Positions 20,754 to 30,006 of a stretch of 64,000 bases of DNA are shown piece after piece. Within the stretch, counting starts at the first letter, position 1, and the number at the start of each line of letters is the position of its first letter. The position numbers and the translations under genes were made by a program. The notes below the pieces were generated by a model. The model was not told the DNA's origin. It ran no database searches and saw only the letters and a list, made by a program, of their open reading frames with translations. This DNA comes from Actinomycetota bacterium (GTDB taxonomy: Bacteria; Actinomycetota; Actinomycetes; Nanopelagicales; Nanopelagicaceae): the NCBI GenBank assembly GCA_041161815.1, contig JBEATV010000002.1:2622-66621 (forward strand), given 5' to 3'.

Positions 20754-22106
20754 CTACGACTTTGGCCAGGACTTCTCGATTGCATCGAGAACAGCCTTAT
20801 CGGACTTGTTCTCAGCAACCCAAGCAGTCATTTCCTTCCAGAAGGAACCTGCACCAACTGCTGCAGGCATTGCGTCCGATCCATCGAAACGGAAAATGGT
20901 TGCGTTCTTGAGAATCTCAACCGCATTCTTGTTTACTGGATCTGCAACGTTTGCAGTATCGAGGCCCTTGTTAGCTGAGAACCAGCCACCAAGTGCAGCC
21001 TTCTTGTTGTTCCACTCTGGGGATGTGAGGTACAACTGAACAGCCTTTACTTCTCCACGATCAGAGAATGCGCCAACGAATTCGCCGCCACCGAGGGCAG
21101 GACGCTGGTCAGCAGATACGCCTGGGAAGTAGAAGGTGGTAATTCCGCCTTCAACTGTGGTGTCTTCTGGGGTCACGATTGTTGCGCCGTAATCAGCAGC
21201 AAGAATTCCACCGATGAAGGATGCCTGGCGGTGCATTGCGCATGAACCATCAACAATTCCCGCTCCACCCTCTTGGAAGGTAGTTGTGGCAATTGCAGAG
21301 ACATTTCCTACGTACTTAGGATTCTTAAGGATCTTGCCAGCCTCTTTGAGGACAGCTGCGACCTTTGGATCATTGAATGGCATTGTGTGGTTGACCCATG
21401 CATCGTAAGTTGCTGCGTCATTAACGCGGAGCATGATGTCTTCCATCCAGTCAGTTCCTACCCAGCCAGTTGCATCGCCAGATCCGAAACCAGCACACCA
21501 TGGTTGAACTTTGCCTTCTGATGCAATCTGATCAGAGAGAGCAAGTAACTCGCCCCATGTTGTTGGGATTGACCAACCATTGTCAGCGAAAGTCTTTGGT
21601 GAGTACCAGACGAATGACTTTACGTTTGCTCCGAGTGGCGCTGCATAGAATGTGCCATCAACGGTTCCGTAAGCCTTCCAATCTGCACCATAGAATTCAT
21701 CTGCTGCTGCAGAAACTTCATTTGATGCTGCAACCATCTTTCCAGTTGCAACCATTGCCTTGAGAAGGCCTGGTTGTGGGAAGACTGCGAGATCAGGAGC
21801 TGTGCCACCTTCGACACGAACTGGGAGTTGCGCTTCGAATTCAGCGGTTCCGTTCCAAGTGATTGTGATTCCTGTGCACTCTTCAAACTCTGCAAAGGAC
21901 TCTTGATAAATTTCTGCTTCAGGGCTACGGATTGAAGAGTAGATTTCTACTTCAGTTCCTTCGTTACCTTGATAAGCAGAATAAGCGTCGCAGTTCGCGC
22001 CACCAGCAGAATCATCTGAACTTGAACATCCGCTGAGAACGAGCGTTAACGCCGCAAATACTGATGTCGCCAAAACTACTCGACGACGCCGCAAGAATGC
22101 GGTCAT
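20754..22106 (-). CDS. carbohydrate ABC transporter substrate-binding lipoprotein
   Basis: A lipoprotein signal (MTAFLRRRRVVLATSVFAALTLVLSGCSS) begins at the internal ATG at 22106, which is preceded by the RBS AAAGGGGA. The body is a family-1 sugar-binding protein. The track start at 22184 is rejected as an extension. Confidence 0.85.
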   Translation of the reverse strand: MTAFLRRRRVVLATSVFAALTLVLSGCSSSDDSAGGANCDAYSAYQGNEGTEVEIYSSIRSPEAEIYQESFAEFEECTGITITWNGTAEFEAQLPVRVEGGTAPDLAVFPQPGLLKAMVATGKMVAASNEVSAAADEFYGADWKAYGTVDGTFYAAPLGANVKSFVWYSPKTFADNGWSIPTTWGELLALSDQIASEGKVQPWCAGFGSGDATGWVGTDWMEDIMLRVNDAATYDAWVNHTMPFNDPKVAAVLKEAGKILKNPKYVGNVSAIATTTFQEGGAGIVDGSCAMHRQASFIGGILAADYGATIVTPEDTTVEGGITTFYFPGVSADQRPALGGGEFVGAFSDRGEVKAVQLYLTSPEWNNKKAALGGWFSANKGLDTANVADPVNKNAVEILKNATIFRFDGSDAMPAAVGAGSFWKEMTAWVAENKSDKAVLDAIEKSWPKS

Positions 22107-22115
22107 GTAATTTCC

Positions 22116-22127
22116 CCTTTCGAAAGG
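22116..22127. promoter_or_regulatory. 12-bp perfect palindrome CCTTTCGAAAGG overlapping the RBS of the binding-protein gene (candidate LacI-family operator or RBS-masking hairpin)
   Basis: The palindrome is perfect, has a central CG and sits 10-21 nt upstream of the ATG at 22106. A LacI-family regulator is encoded two genes upstream. Confidence 0.25.
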
Positions 22128-22250
22128 ACCATAAAAGTTCTCCAGATTTCTCTGAAGAATTGCCCACAGTCTTCTCTCGGTCACCTCTCACGGCAAGGGT
22201 TAGCTCATGTAAAAGGACTGCAAATGACTAACAATTTGGTTGCGGGGAGG

Positions 22251-23915
22251 TTATTTGAGCGTGCCCCAAAGCCAGATTGTCGTGTGGGGCGGCACCTTGA
22301 GAGTCCCCGCTGAGAGGGTTGTGCCATTAGAAGAGCTCAACGCCACTGTCCATCCATCGCTCTGACCGGACATGACATCTTTAAGCAGAATCAAGGTCTC
22401 ATGATCGGTCGTGTTTGCGAAGAGCGCGAAGTTATTGCCTCGCGTAAAGGCCAGAAATCCCTTCGGTGATTTCAGCCAATTCAACGACTCTGTTCCAGAT
22501 TCAACTCGGAAATCTCTCCTCATTCGAATCGATTGACGATACAACTCAAGATGGCTCGTTGCATCTGACTGTGATTGAACTGAGAGTTCATTCCAGTCTT
22601 CAGGCATGGGTAGCCATGGGTTGCCGTTTGAGAATCCATAATTCTTTTTATTTGCTTGCCATGGAATGGGAACACGAGCTCCGTCTCGTCCTTTATCTAT
22701 CCCCTGAGTTCGAAAGAAAACGGGATCTTGTCGCGCAGAATCTGGAAGCACGACATCTTCTAGTCCAAGTTCTTCACCCTGAAAGATATAGATTCCGCCG
22801 GGAAGCGCATGAGTCAAGAGCGCCATCGCACGCGCTTTCTTGCGACCTAGTTCTCCCCCGCCAAGTCTGGTAGCTAATCGTGGAGAGTCATGATTACAGA
22901 GGACCCATGTTGCAGGCGCACTTACTTCGGCAACTTCTGCAAGTGTCTTGTCGATTGCGCTCTTTAAGAATTCTGCATCCCACTCTGCTATTAAGAAATC
23001 AAAGTTAAATATCTGATGGAGTTCATCGCTGCGGACGTATCGGACAGCGCGCGAACTTGGATGTACCCACGCTTCTGCCACGCTCATTCTCTCGCCTGGA
23101 TATGAATCAAATATCTTGCGCCATCGGCGATAGATCTCATGAACGCCTTCCCGATCAAAGAAAGGCACATCAGAAAGAAGTGATTCGCGCTCTTCTCGGG
23201 CCATATCGCTCACATCTAATCGCAGTGCGCGTGTTAGGCCTTCTGGATCGCGATGATCTTTAAGGATTTCGTCTTTGGCTAAACCATGAGCGACATCTAT
23301 ACGGAATCCATCGACCCCTTTATCTAGCCAAAAACGTAAGGTGCTTTCGAAGTCACTCCAAACCTCAGGGTTTTCCCAATTGAGATCAGCTTGTGTCGAA
23401 TCAAAGAGGTGTAGGTACCACTGGCCTTCTGAGCCATCACTTTCGCGAATTCGTGTCCACGCAGGGCCGCCGAAAATTGAACACCAGTTATTGGGTGGAA
23501 TCTCACCATGTTCACCACGTCCATCATAGAAATGGAATCGCGAACGCGCTTGAGATCCAGGTTTACTCGCTAGCGCTTCCTTAAACCACCGATGCTCGGT
23601 TGAAAAGTGATTAGGAACAATATCAACAATTATTTTTAGCCCAATCTCATGAGCTCTCTCAATGAGGTTTATCGCATCGCCTAGATTTCCAAAACGGGGA
23701 TCGACATCTCGTGGATCTGCCACGTCATAACCACCATCGTTATTTGGTGAGGTGTAAAAAGGGCTAAGCCAAATCGCGTCAATTCCAAGTTCCTTGAGGT
23801 ATCCCAACCGCGAGATGACACCATTGAGGTCACCTTCGCCATCACCATTCGAGTCTTGGAAAGAGCGTGGATAGACCTGATAGATCGCAGCTTCACGCCA
23901 CCATTGTGAATTCAT
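22251..23915 (-). CDS. GH13 alpha-glucosidase / oligo-1,6-glucosidase family
   Basis: 554 aa with WWREAAIYQVYPRSF, GIDAIWLSPFY, DGFRIDVAHGL and NHDSPR, which are the conserved regions of the GH13 oligo-1,6-glucosidase/trehalose-6-P hydrolase subfamily. Confidence 0.88.
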   Translation of the reverse strand: MNSQWWREAAIYQVYPRSFQDSNGDGEGDLNGVISRLGYLKELGIDAIWLSPFYTSPNNDGGYDVADPRDVDPRFGNLGDAINLIERAHEIGLKIIVDIVPNHFSTEHRWFKEALASKPGSQARSRFHFYDGRGEHGEIPPNNWCSIFGGPAWTRIRESDGSEGQWYLHLFDSTQADLNWENPEVWSDFESTLRFWLDKGVDGFRIDVAHGLAKDEILKDHRDPEGLTRALRLDVSDMAREERESLLSDVPFFDREGVHEIYRRWRKIFDSYPGERMSVAEAWVHPSSRAVRYVRSDELHQIFNFDFLIAEWDAEFLKSAIDKTLAEVAEVSAPATWVLCNHDSPRLATRLGGGELGRKKARAMALLTHALPGGIYIFQGEELGLEDVVLPDSARQDPVFFRTQGIDKGRDGARVPIPWQANKKNYGFSNGNPWLPMPEDWNELSVQSQSDATSHLELYRQSIRMRRDFRVESGTESLNWLKSPKGFLAFTRGNNFALFANTTDHETLILLKDVMSGQSDGWTVALSSSNGTTLSAGTLKVPPHTTIWLWGTLK

Positions 23916-23957
23916 GCTCTAACTCAACTCTTCTTGTCTCGTTGATCTCGTCAAGAA

Positions 23958-24989
23958 CTACTCGCCTGGACTTTCAAGGCGTCGGGTGGAATTCCGCACC
24001 ACAAGCGTGGTCGGCAGCGTAAGTGAATGAGATTCACTTTTTGGAGCCTTGAGCCTCTCCATGATTGACCACGCAGCCATCTCGCCCATCAACTGAACTG
24101 GTTGTTCTATCGTGGTGAGATCTGAGAATTCAGCCATTTCATGGCCATCAAAACCAATAATGGAGATGTCATCTGGGACCTTGAGGCCATTGCGACGGAT
24201 TGCTTGAAGTGCGCCGAGAGCCATCTCATCTGATTGCGCAAAGATTGCGGTTGGTCGATCAGGTCTAGCAAGAAGATCATCCATTGCCCGGCTAGCTCCA
24301 TGCATTGTGAAATCTCCGTACACCTCGCGAGATGGTTTCCACTCCAGTCCGCTCTCGGCCAAAACTTGCATGAAACCATTACGTCGATCTTGTGGAACGC
24401 TAAAGCCAAACGGATCATCTGGTCGACCCGAGAGTAATCCAATCTTCTTGTGGCCAAGATTGACGAGATGTTGGGTAGCGGTGCGTGCGCCTGCTACGTC
24501 ATCAATAGCGACGCTCGAACACTGTGCGTGATGCATTCCAACGAGCGCAATAGGAATTCCGAGCCCCAACATTGATTCAAACTCTTCTTCTGTTGGTGGC
24601 AAGCTGATGACCACAAGCGCATCAACACGCCCTTTGAGAAGTTGATGTTGAAAAAGTCTCTCGCGCCCCTTCATTTGAGAGAAGTTGTAAAGCAGGAGAT
24701 CTAAACCGGCTTCGCGCAGCGCTTGCTCGGCTCCACTAATCACTTGAGCGAAGTACCAGCGGGAAATGTACGGTGCAACAACTCCTACTGAGTTAGTCCG
24801 ACCATAGATCGATTTTGCTGAGCCCTGAGGGATTGGATAGTTAAGTTTCTCCGCTGCATCAAGAATCTTGCTTCGCGTTTCAGGATTGACATGGTGAAGT
24901 CCGCGAAGTGCGCGAGAGACCGTTGCAATTGAAACATTTGCTTCAGCTGCAACTTCCTTGATGCCAACTTTGCTTCCGGGAGTGGACAT
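23958..24989 (-). CDS. LacI-family transcriptional regulator
   Basis: The N-terminal HTH is IKEVAAEANVSIATVSRALRG, followed by a periplasmic-binding-protein-like sugar-binding core. Confidence 0.88.
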   Translation of the reverse strand: MSTPGSKVGIKEVAAEANVSIATVSRALRGLHHVNPETRSKILDAAEKLNYPIPQGSAKSIYGRTNSVGVVAPYISRWYFAQVISGAEQALREAGLDLLLYNFSQMKGRERLFQHQLLKGRVDALVVISLPPTEEEFESMLGLGIPIALVGMHHAQCSSVAIDDVAGARTATQHLVNLGHKKIGLLSGRPDDPFGFSVPQDRRNGFMQVLAESGLEWKPSREVYGDFTMHGASRAMDDLLARPDRPTAIFAQSDEMALGALQAIRRNGLKVPDDISIIGFDGHEMAEFSDLTTIEQPVQLMGEMAAWSIMERLKAPKSESHSLTLPTTLVVRNSTRRLESPGE

Positions 24990-25073
24990 CGTGTTTTCAC
25001 CTCTCTACTGGAAATCGGTTTTGAGAGCCTGAAAAGCCCTGCAAGTGGCTAAAAATAGACTGCAAAACTGAAA

Positions 25074-25787
25074 ATGACTAGAGCCCTTTTCCTTCGTAGC
25101 GGATTTACCACTGCTAGCGTCCGTCCCATGAGCCTGTCCGGTGGCATTACAGCGCGAGAGTCCAAGGCCATTGCTACTGCAATCGTGAAGATCAATCCCA
25201 AATTCTCGACCGTCATCGAACGTTCGGGTATCTGCTCTATTGGGCTTGCTGAATCTCCGTCAAATTCCAGTAACAAACGACGCGAGACTAACTTTGCTTC
25301 CCTCGCATCTTCAATTCTCTCACAACAATTATCCACTAAAGCCGCTGCCACAATCATCCAGCGAGTAGAAGTTCTCTCTGGTGGAACTCTGCAGGCAAAA
25401 AGACTCGCAGATATCCGAAGTTCTGAACTGCGCGCAGCAGGTTGTTCGAATTCAAAGGCACGTGCAATTAAGGAGCTGGCGACTGCGACTACAAGCAATG
25501 CAGTCCCGATGAATTCTCTTCATCGACTCAATGACGATGAGATCATGGAACACCTCTTGCCGCTCTTCGGAATCGGTAAGTGGACTGTGGAAATGTTTCT
25601 TATGTTCCAACTTGGCCGTCAAGACATCTGGCCAGTGGGAGATCTTGGGGTTCGGCGAGGATGGGAAAAAGTTCATAAGATGCGAACGGAAATTACCCCG
25701 AAGAAACTTGAGTCACTCGGGCACAAGTACGCCCCATATCGCAGCCATGTTGCCTGGTACTGCTGGCGAGCCGTAGAAGTTCTATAA
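25074..25787 (+). CDS. DNA-3-methyladenine glycosylase II (AlkA-like, HhH-GPD superfamily)
   Basis: Motifs FASLASSILSQQLSTKAAATI and LLPLFGIGKWTVEMFLMFQLGRQDIWPVGDLGVRRG (HhH plus catalytic Asp) support the call. The true start may be the internal MSLSGG. Confidence 0.75.
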   Translation: MTRALFLRSGFTTASVRPMSLSGGITARESKAIATAIVKINPKFSTVIERSGICSIGLAESPSNSSNKRRETNFASLASSILSQQLSTKAAATIIQRVEVLSGGTLQAKRLADIRSSELRAAGCSNSKARAIKELATATTSNAVPMNSLHRLNDDEIMEHLLPLFGIGKWTVEMFLMFQLGRQDIWPVGDLGVRRGWEKVHKMRTEITPKKLESLGHKYAPYRSHVAWYCWRAVEVL

Positions 25788-25837
25788 GACTTTCTCTAGT
25801 GAAAGTGCTTCATTGAACAGATGCGAAGCGAGGTTAA

Positions 25838-26290
25838 CTACTTCTTGGGCTCAAGAACCAATGCAACAGAGTTGATACACCAGCGCTGATCTGTGGGGAC
25901 TGCATAACCTTCGCCCTCGAAAACATGACCTAAATGCGAGCCACAAGCAGCGCAGCGCACTTCAGTGCGTATACGGGGTGCAAGGGATCTATCTTCAAGA
26001 AGAATGACCGCATCATCTTGAGTTGGCGCATAAAAGGAGGGCCAGCCGCATCCAGAGTGGAACTTCTCCTCACTTCGGAATAACTCCGCAGCACAGGCCT
26101 TGCACTTATAGACACCAATCGTTTCAGTTTCGTAGTACTCACCCGTGAATGCTGTTTCAGTTCCAGCTTTACGCAGAACGTCATAGGAGAGTGAATCCAT
26201 GCTGGACTTCAACTCTTGATCATCGACTTGAACTGGAAAAGGTTTTCCCGTGAGTGGATTAATCGTGGGTAGATCTGATCCTGGCTGCAT
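25838..26290 (-). CDS. msrB: peptide-methionine (R)-S-oxide reductase
   Basis: It has the SelR domain with two CxxC zinc motifs (CKACAAEL, CAACGSHLGHVF) and the catalytic RWCINS. Confidence 0.92.
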   Translation of the reverse strand: MQPGSDLPTINPLTGKPFPVQVDDQELKSSMDSLSYDVLRKAGTETAFTGEYYETETIGVYKCKACAAELFRSEEKFHSGCGWPSFYAPTQDDAVILLEDRSLAPRIRTEVRCAACGSHLGHVFEGEGYAVPTDQRWCINSVALVLEPKK

Positions 26291-26371
26291 CTTGGCTCTC
26301 CTTTGCTACTGCTCTCTTTACTTCTCTAACGCTAACGTTCTAGACGATTCTCTTTCTAGAATCCAGATTAC

Positions 26372-26887
26372 TTAAATCTTTGGAAAAGCGATGCCCGTCG
26401 TTGAGTGACAGTCATATCCATTGGGGTTCTTTTCTAGATATCTCTGGTGATATTCCTCGGCTGGCCAATACTTATGTGGCGCAGAGTCTTGAATTTCAGT
26501 CACGATATCTCCGAAGCCTTCCTGCTTGAGAACATCGTTGTAAATCTCTCGGGAATTCACCGCAGTAATCATCTGCTCATCACTCGTGGTGAAAATAGCG
26601 CTGCGATATTGGGTGCCAATATCTCCACCTTGCTTATTCAATGAAGTTGGATCATGCATCGTCCAGAACTCTTCAAGTAACCGTTGATAAGAAATCTTCG
26701 AAGGGTCGAAGATGACTTGAACAGTCTCTGCATGGTTTGTGGTTCCTGTACATACTTGTTCATAACTCGGAGATGGACGTGTTCCGCCCATGTATCCAAC
26801 AGAGGTTGAGATGACACCCGGGAGATTCCAGAATCGGCGCTCGGCGCCCCAGAAGCAGCCCGTTGCGAAATATGCTTCGTGATTCAT
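26372..26887 (-). CDS. msrA: peptide-methionine (S)-S-oxide reductase
   Basis: The active-site motif is FATGCFWGAERRF. I take the start at the ATG at 26887 (MNHEAYF). The longer track ORF runs antisense through the tRNA and is rejected. Confidence 0.9.
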   Translation of the reverse strand: MNHEAYFATGCFWGAERRFWNLPGVISTSVGYMGGTRPSPSYEQVCTGTTNHAETVQVIFDPSKISYQRLLEEFWTMHDPTSLNKQGGDIGTQYRSAIFTTSDEQMITAVNSREIYNDVLKQEGFGDIVTEIQDSAPHKYWPAEEYHQRYLEKNPNGYDCHSTTGIAFPKI

Positions 26888-26932
26888 CTGCGCATCTTGG
26901 CACGAACAATCACTGATAATCTTCTCGAAAGC

Positions 26933-27004
26933 GCCCCCGTAGCTCAGGGGATAGAGCACCGCCCTCCGGAGGCGGGTGCACAGGTTCGAATCCTGTCGGG
27001 GGCA
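26933..27004 (+). tRNA. tRNA-Arg (anticodon CCG)
   Basis: Hand-folded cloverleaf: acceptor GCCCCCG/CGGGGGC, D-arm GCTC-AGGGGATA-GAGC, anticodon arm CCGCC-CTCCGGA-GGCGG, variable GTGC, T-arm ACAGG-TTCGAAT-CCTGT and discriminator A. No CCA is encoded. Confidence 0.9.
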
Positions 27005-27178
27005 CTTCTCATGGCGTAATTCACCCTCAATTTCATCAAATTGCCGTCGCAGACTCTTGAGTAAAAATCTTTCACGCGAGAGAATTAGCCAGTAATTACG
27101 CCCAATCGGGCACTCAGCACTACCCACTCGAGCCACATGCTCGATGGTCAACGCCTGAACGGAAGAGGAAACATGACA

Positions 27179-27448
27179 ATGGATTGGCGTCATCGCTCAG
27201 CATGCCGCGATGAAGATCCCGAGTTGTTCTTTCCTGTTGGAAATACCGGACCTGCGATTGCTCAAATTGAAGAAGCGAAGAAGGTCTGTGCGCGCTGCGA
27301 AGTCCGTGAGGCGTGTCTACAGTGGGCGTTAGAAAGCGGACAAGATTCTGGCGTGTGGGGCGGACTCTCTGAGGATGAGCGTCGCGCTATGAAGCGTAGA
27401 GCTGCTCGCAACCGTGCGCGCATGATGGAACATCAAGGACTCGAATAG
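27179..27448 (+). CDS. whiB1: WhiB-family Fe-S transcriptional regulator, WhiB1 type
   Basis: MDWRHRSACRDEDPELFFPVG...CARCEVREACLQWALESGQDSGVWGGLSEDERR carries the four Cys ligands and the GVWGG turn. The N-terminus is WhiB1-like. The ATG at 27179 sits 8-9 nt after GAGGA. An alternative ATG lies at 27173. Confidence 0.9.
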   Translation: MDWRHRSACRDEDPELFFPVGNTGPAIAQIEEAKKVCARCEVREACLQWALESGQDSGVWGGLSEDERRAMKRRAARNRARMMEHQGLE

Positions 27449-27450
27449 CG

Positions 27451-28923
27451 TTACATCTGGAAGGTAATCCAGACTTCAGTTCCTTTCTCAGGCTTCACAA
27501 ATTTAATTGAGCCAGCTAATTCGTTGAGTGTCAGTGTATTCACTATCTGAAGACCCAAGTTGGTATTGCCTTCCAATGTGAAACCTTCAGGCACACCGGC
27601 GCCATCATCAATAACTGCAACGCGCATTGAATTTTCTTCACGCTCAACTCTGAGTTCAAGCAAGGTTCCCGACTCTGAAAGTCCATGCTCGAGAGCGTTA
27701 TGAACTAGCTCTGTGATCACTAGCGCAAGTGGCGTTGCAACAATAGAGGGAACAAGGCCGAATTCGCCGGACTTCTTAATCGAAATCTGATTTGGGCGGG
27801 TGCTGAGTTCAACAGCGCTCTGCATTATTTTGCTGATGACTTCATCAAATTGAACCGTGTCTTGAGAGCTGGTCGATAGCGTTTCATGCACCAAAGCAAT
27901 CGAGGCAACGCGTCTTACGGCCTCTTCAATTGCTGCGCTGGCACTGGGGTCTTCAATACGACGAGCTTGTAGCCTCAGTAACGCAGAAACAGTTTGTAGG
28001 TTGTTCTTTACTCGATGATGAATCTCGCGGATTGTTGCATCTTTACTGATGAGTGCGCGGTCTTTTCTACGCAATTCAGTCACATTGTGCACCAAAACAA
28101 CAGCGCCAATCCGCTTCTCTCCTTCAGTCAAAGGAATAGCTAGGAAGTCGACGACTCCCCCGACATTCTCAAACTCGGCTCTGCGCAACGTCTTTCCGCT
28201 CAACGAAACGCGCCAATTCTCTTCGCGGGGCTGCATGCCTTGATTCTTGGTGCTCAACGAATCAAGAACGTCACCAAGAACCTGGCCTTCAAGATCGCGC
28301 TCCCAACCGATACGACTAAAAGCCGACCGTGCATTAGGACTGGCAAAAACGATCTCTCCATTTACATCGAGACGCACTAATCCATCACCGACGCGTGGAG
28401 CTGCTTCTGCTAGGTACACGCTATCTTTCACTGGAAAATTTCCTTCGGCAATCATCCGATAAATGTGATTTGCAATTTCACGATAATTTAACTCTAACCT
28501 TGATGGAGTGCGCATTGTCTCTAGGTTTCTATGGCGAGAAATGACGGCGATTACTTTCTGATTGAAAAGTACGGGGATCGTCTCTTCTTTAATCTTCAAT
28601 TCGCCAATCTGTTCTGCCTCTGTCCCACGAACAATCTCGCCAGTTGATAGCGCATGATCGATATTTGGACGAGATCCCCATCTCACTTCTGTGCCGATCA
28701 CATCGTGTGAAAAAACAGTCGCTGCCGTCATCGGGCGAATTTGTGCGATTGCTTTGTGGCCCTCCGGCCAACTCTTCTCATCGTTGCGCCTTGGAACCCA
28801 GAGGACTAAATCCGCAAATGAAATATCTGCCAATAACTGCCACTCTGCAACGAGCTCTCCAAGGCGTGCAACATCTTCTTGAGTAAGGGCGTTAGACCCT
28901 TCAACAAGATGACGGAATGGCAT
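27451..28923 (-). CDS. pdtaS: GAF-PAS sensor histidine kinase with HisKA_2 phosphoacceptor domain (PdtaS-like)
   Basis: The H-box is REIHHRVKNNLQTVSALLRLQ. It has a C-terminal HATPase domain, is soluble (no TM helices) and is 490 aa. It lies adjacent to whiB1, as pdtaS does in M. tuberculosis. Confidence 0.65.
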   Translation of the reverse strand: MPFRHLVEGSNALTQEDVARLGELVAEWQLLADISFADLVLWVPRRNDEKSWPEGHKAIAQIRPMTAATVFSHDVIGTEVRWGSRPNIDHALSTGEIVRGTEAEQIGELKIKEETIPVLFNQKVIAVISRHRNLETMRTPSRLELNYREIANHIYRMIAEGNFPVKDSVYLAEAAPRVGDGLVRLDVNGEIVFASPNARSAFSRIGWERDLEGQVLGDVLDSLSTKNQGMQPREENWRVSLSGKTLRRAEFENVGGVVDFLAIPLTEGEKRIGAVVLVHNVTELRRKDRALISKDATIREIHHRVKNNLQTVSALLRLQARRIEDPSASAAIEEAVRRVASIALVHETLSTSSQDTVQFDEVISKIMQSAVELSTRPNQISIKKSGEFGLVPSIVATPLALVITELVHNALEHGLSESGTLLELRVEREENSMRVAVIDDGAGVPEGFTLEGNTNLGLQIVNTLTLNELAGSIKFVKPEKGTEVWITFQM

Positions 28924-28980
28924 GAGGAGAGAGTACCGCCATCTAAAATCGGCCAGCCGGAATCGGCTAGTTGAAATCGT

Positions 28981-30006
28981 CTAGTTGAAGTCTGCTAAAT
29001 GTGCCGAGAGCAGCTTTAGGCTCTTACGTAAGGAACTCCGTGGACTGATTTCTAACACTGTGGCGTATCGACCCTGGGCGCGATCCACTATTGAGTCTTC
29101 GCGAGGCATCAGGAAGTTATCGGCGTTCTTTACCTTAGCTCGAAATCTCTTCTGCATCGCCTGTTGTCGGTTTGTAGTACCGGCCTTATTAAGCACAAAG
29201 GTGATGGGAAGGTAAGGAAAGGACTCACGCACAGCATATGAAAACTCCTCCATCTCGTGGAGGCCATGGTTATCAGGCTGAGCTACGTACACAACTCGTC
29301 CACATCTAAGAAATGTCTCCAGATATCGCTTCCCTTTATCGCGTCGATCCGTCAGCATTTCACTGATATCTGGAGCATCTCCCAAGTCAATACATGTCAA
29401 TCGTTCCTTACTTTCGTTTATCGCTTCTGACACTTGTTCAAGTGATTGAACCGCTGATTGATTCCATAGTAAGAGCCGTGGATGTAATTGGGTTTGCAAT
29501 TCATCTGTCTTCACACCTAAGAGAGTGTTGAGATCACTTCGATTCGGATCTGCATCGATGAGATTCACATCGTGCATCAACGCAATTTCGGCAGCCACAT
29601 TCAGCGCCACCGTTGTAATCCCTGGCGAGCCAGAAGAGCCTGTAAAAGCGATCCACTTTTTCGATCCAGCCACCCTCTTCTGTATGGCTGTCGTCTTGTC
29701 GGGCTTACGTAAAGCAGAATCAACCAACGCTGTGATCTCGTCACGGCTCACCAGAGTCTCTGTTGAGATTTCAAGGCAGGCAATATTCTCAGAACGAATC
29801 TGCGAGATTTCAAAGGCAGTGAGGCCGAATAACTCATCGACAATTACGATGACACGTTGATCACTTTCTAGTGCCTCCAATTCGCGAAGCAATTCTTCTG
29901 GTTGCATTGCCCGGCAAAGTAAAGTGAATTCGCGGGGAATAAGTGATTCAACAACGAGGTCCTCTTGTTCAAATGAGGTTAAAGCTGTGATGAAACCGAA
30001 TTTCAC
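28981..30006 (-). CDS. CpaE/ParA/MinD-like P-loop protein with degenerate Walker A and an N-terminal receiver-like domain
   Basis: WIAFTGSSGSPGITTVALNVAAEIA...VNLIDADP aligns with the CpaE/Ssd-type fold, but the Walker A lysine is replaced (GSPGIT). Its start overlaps the stop of the upstream SAF-like gene. Confidence 0.6.
   Translation of the reverse strand: MKFGFITALTSFEQEDLVVESLIPREFTLLCRAMQPEELLRELEALESDQRVIVIVDELFGLTAFEISQIRSENIACLEISTETLVSRDEITALVDSALRKPDKTTAIQKRVAGSKKWIAFTGSSGSPGITTVALNVAAEIALMHDVNLIDADPNRSDLNTLLGVKTDELQTQLHPRLLLWNQSAVQSLEQVSEAINESKERLTCIDLGDAPDISEMLTDRRDKGKRYLETFLRCGRVVYVAQPDNHGLHEMEEFSYAVRESFPYLPITFVLNKAGTTNRQQAMQKRFRAKVKNADNFLMPREDSIVDRAQGRYATVLEISPRSSLRKSLKLLSAHLADFN

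Noticed and set aside
26933-27004. tRNA-Arg as an integration site for a genomic island
   Set aside because: No integrase, no duplicated tRNA 3' half and no compositional or functional break is present on either side. The neighbours are msrA and whiB1, both core genes.
26888-27193. N-terminal extension of the msrA ORF (track 26372-27193)
   Set aside because: The extension is antisense to a well-folded tRNA-Arg gene and to the whiB1 upstream region. MsrA homology begins at the internal ATG at 26887 (MNHEAYFATGCFWG).
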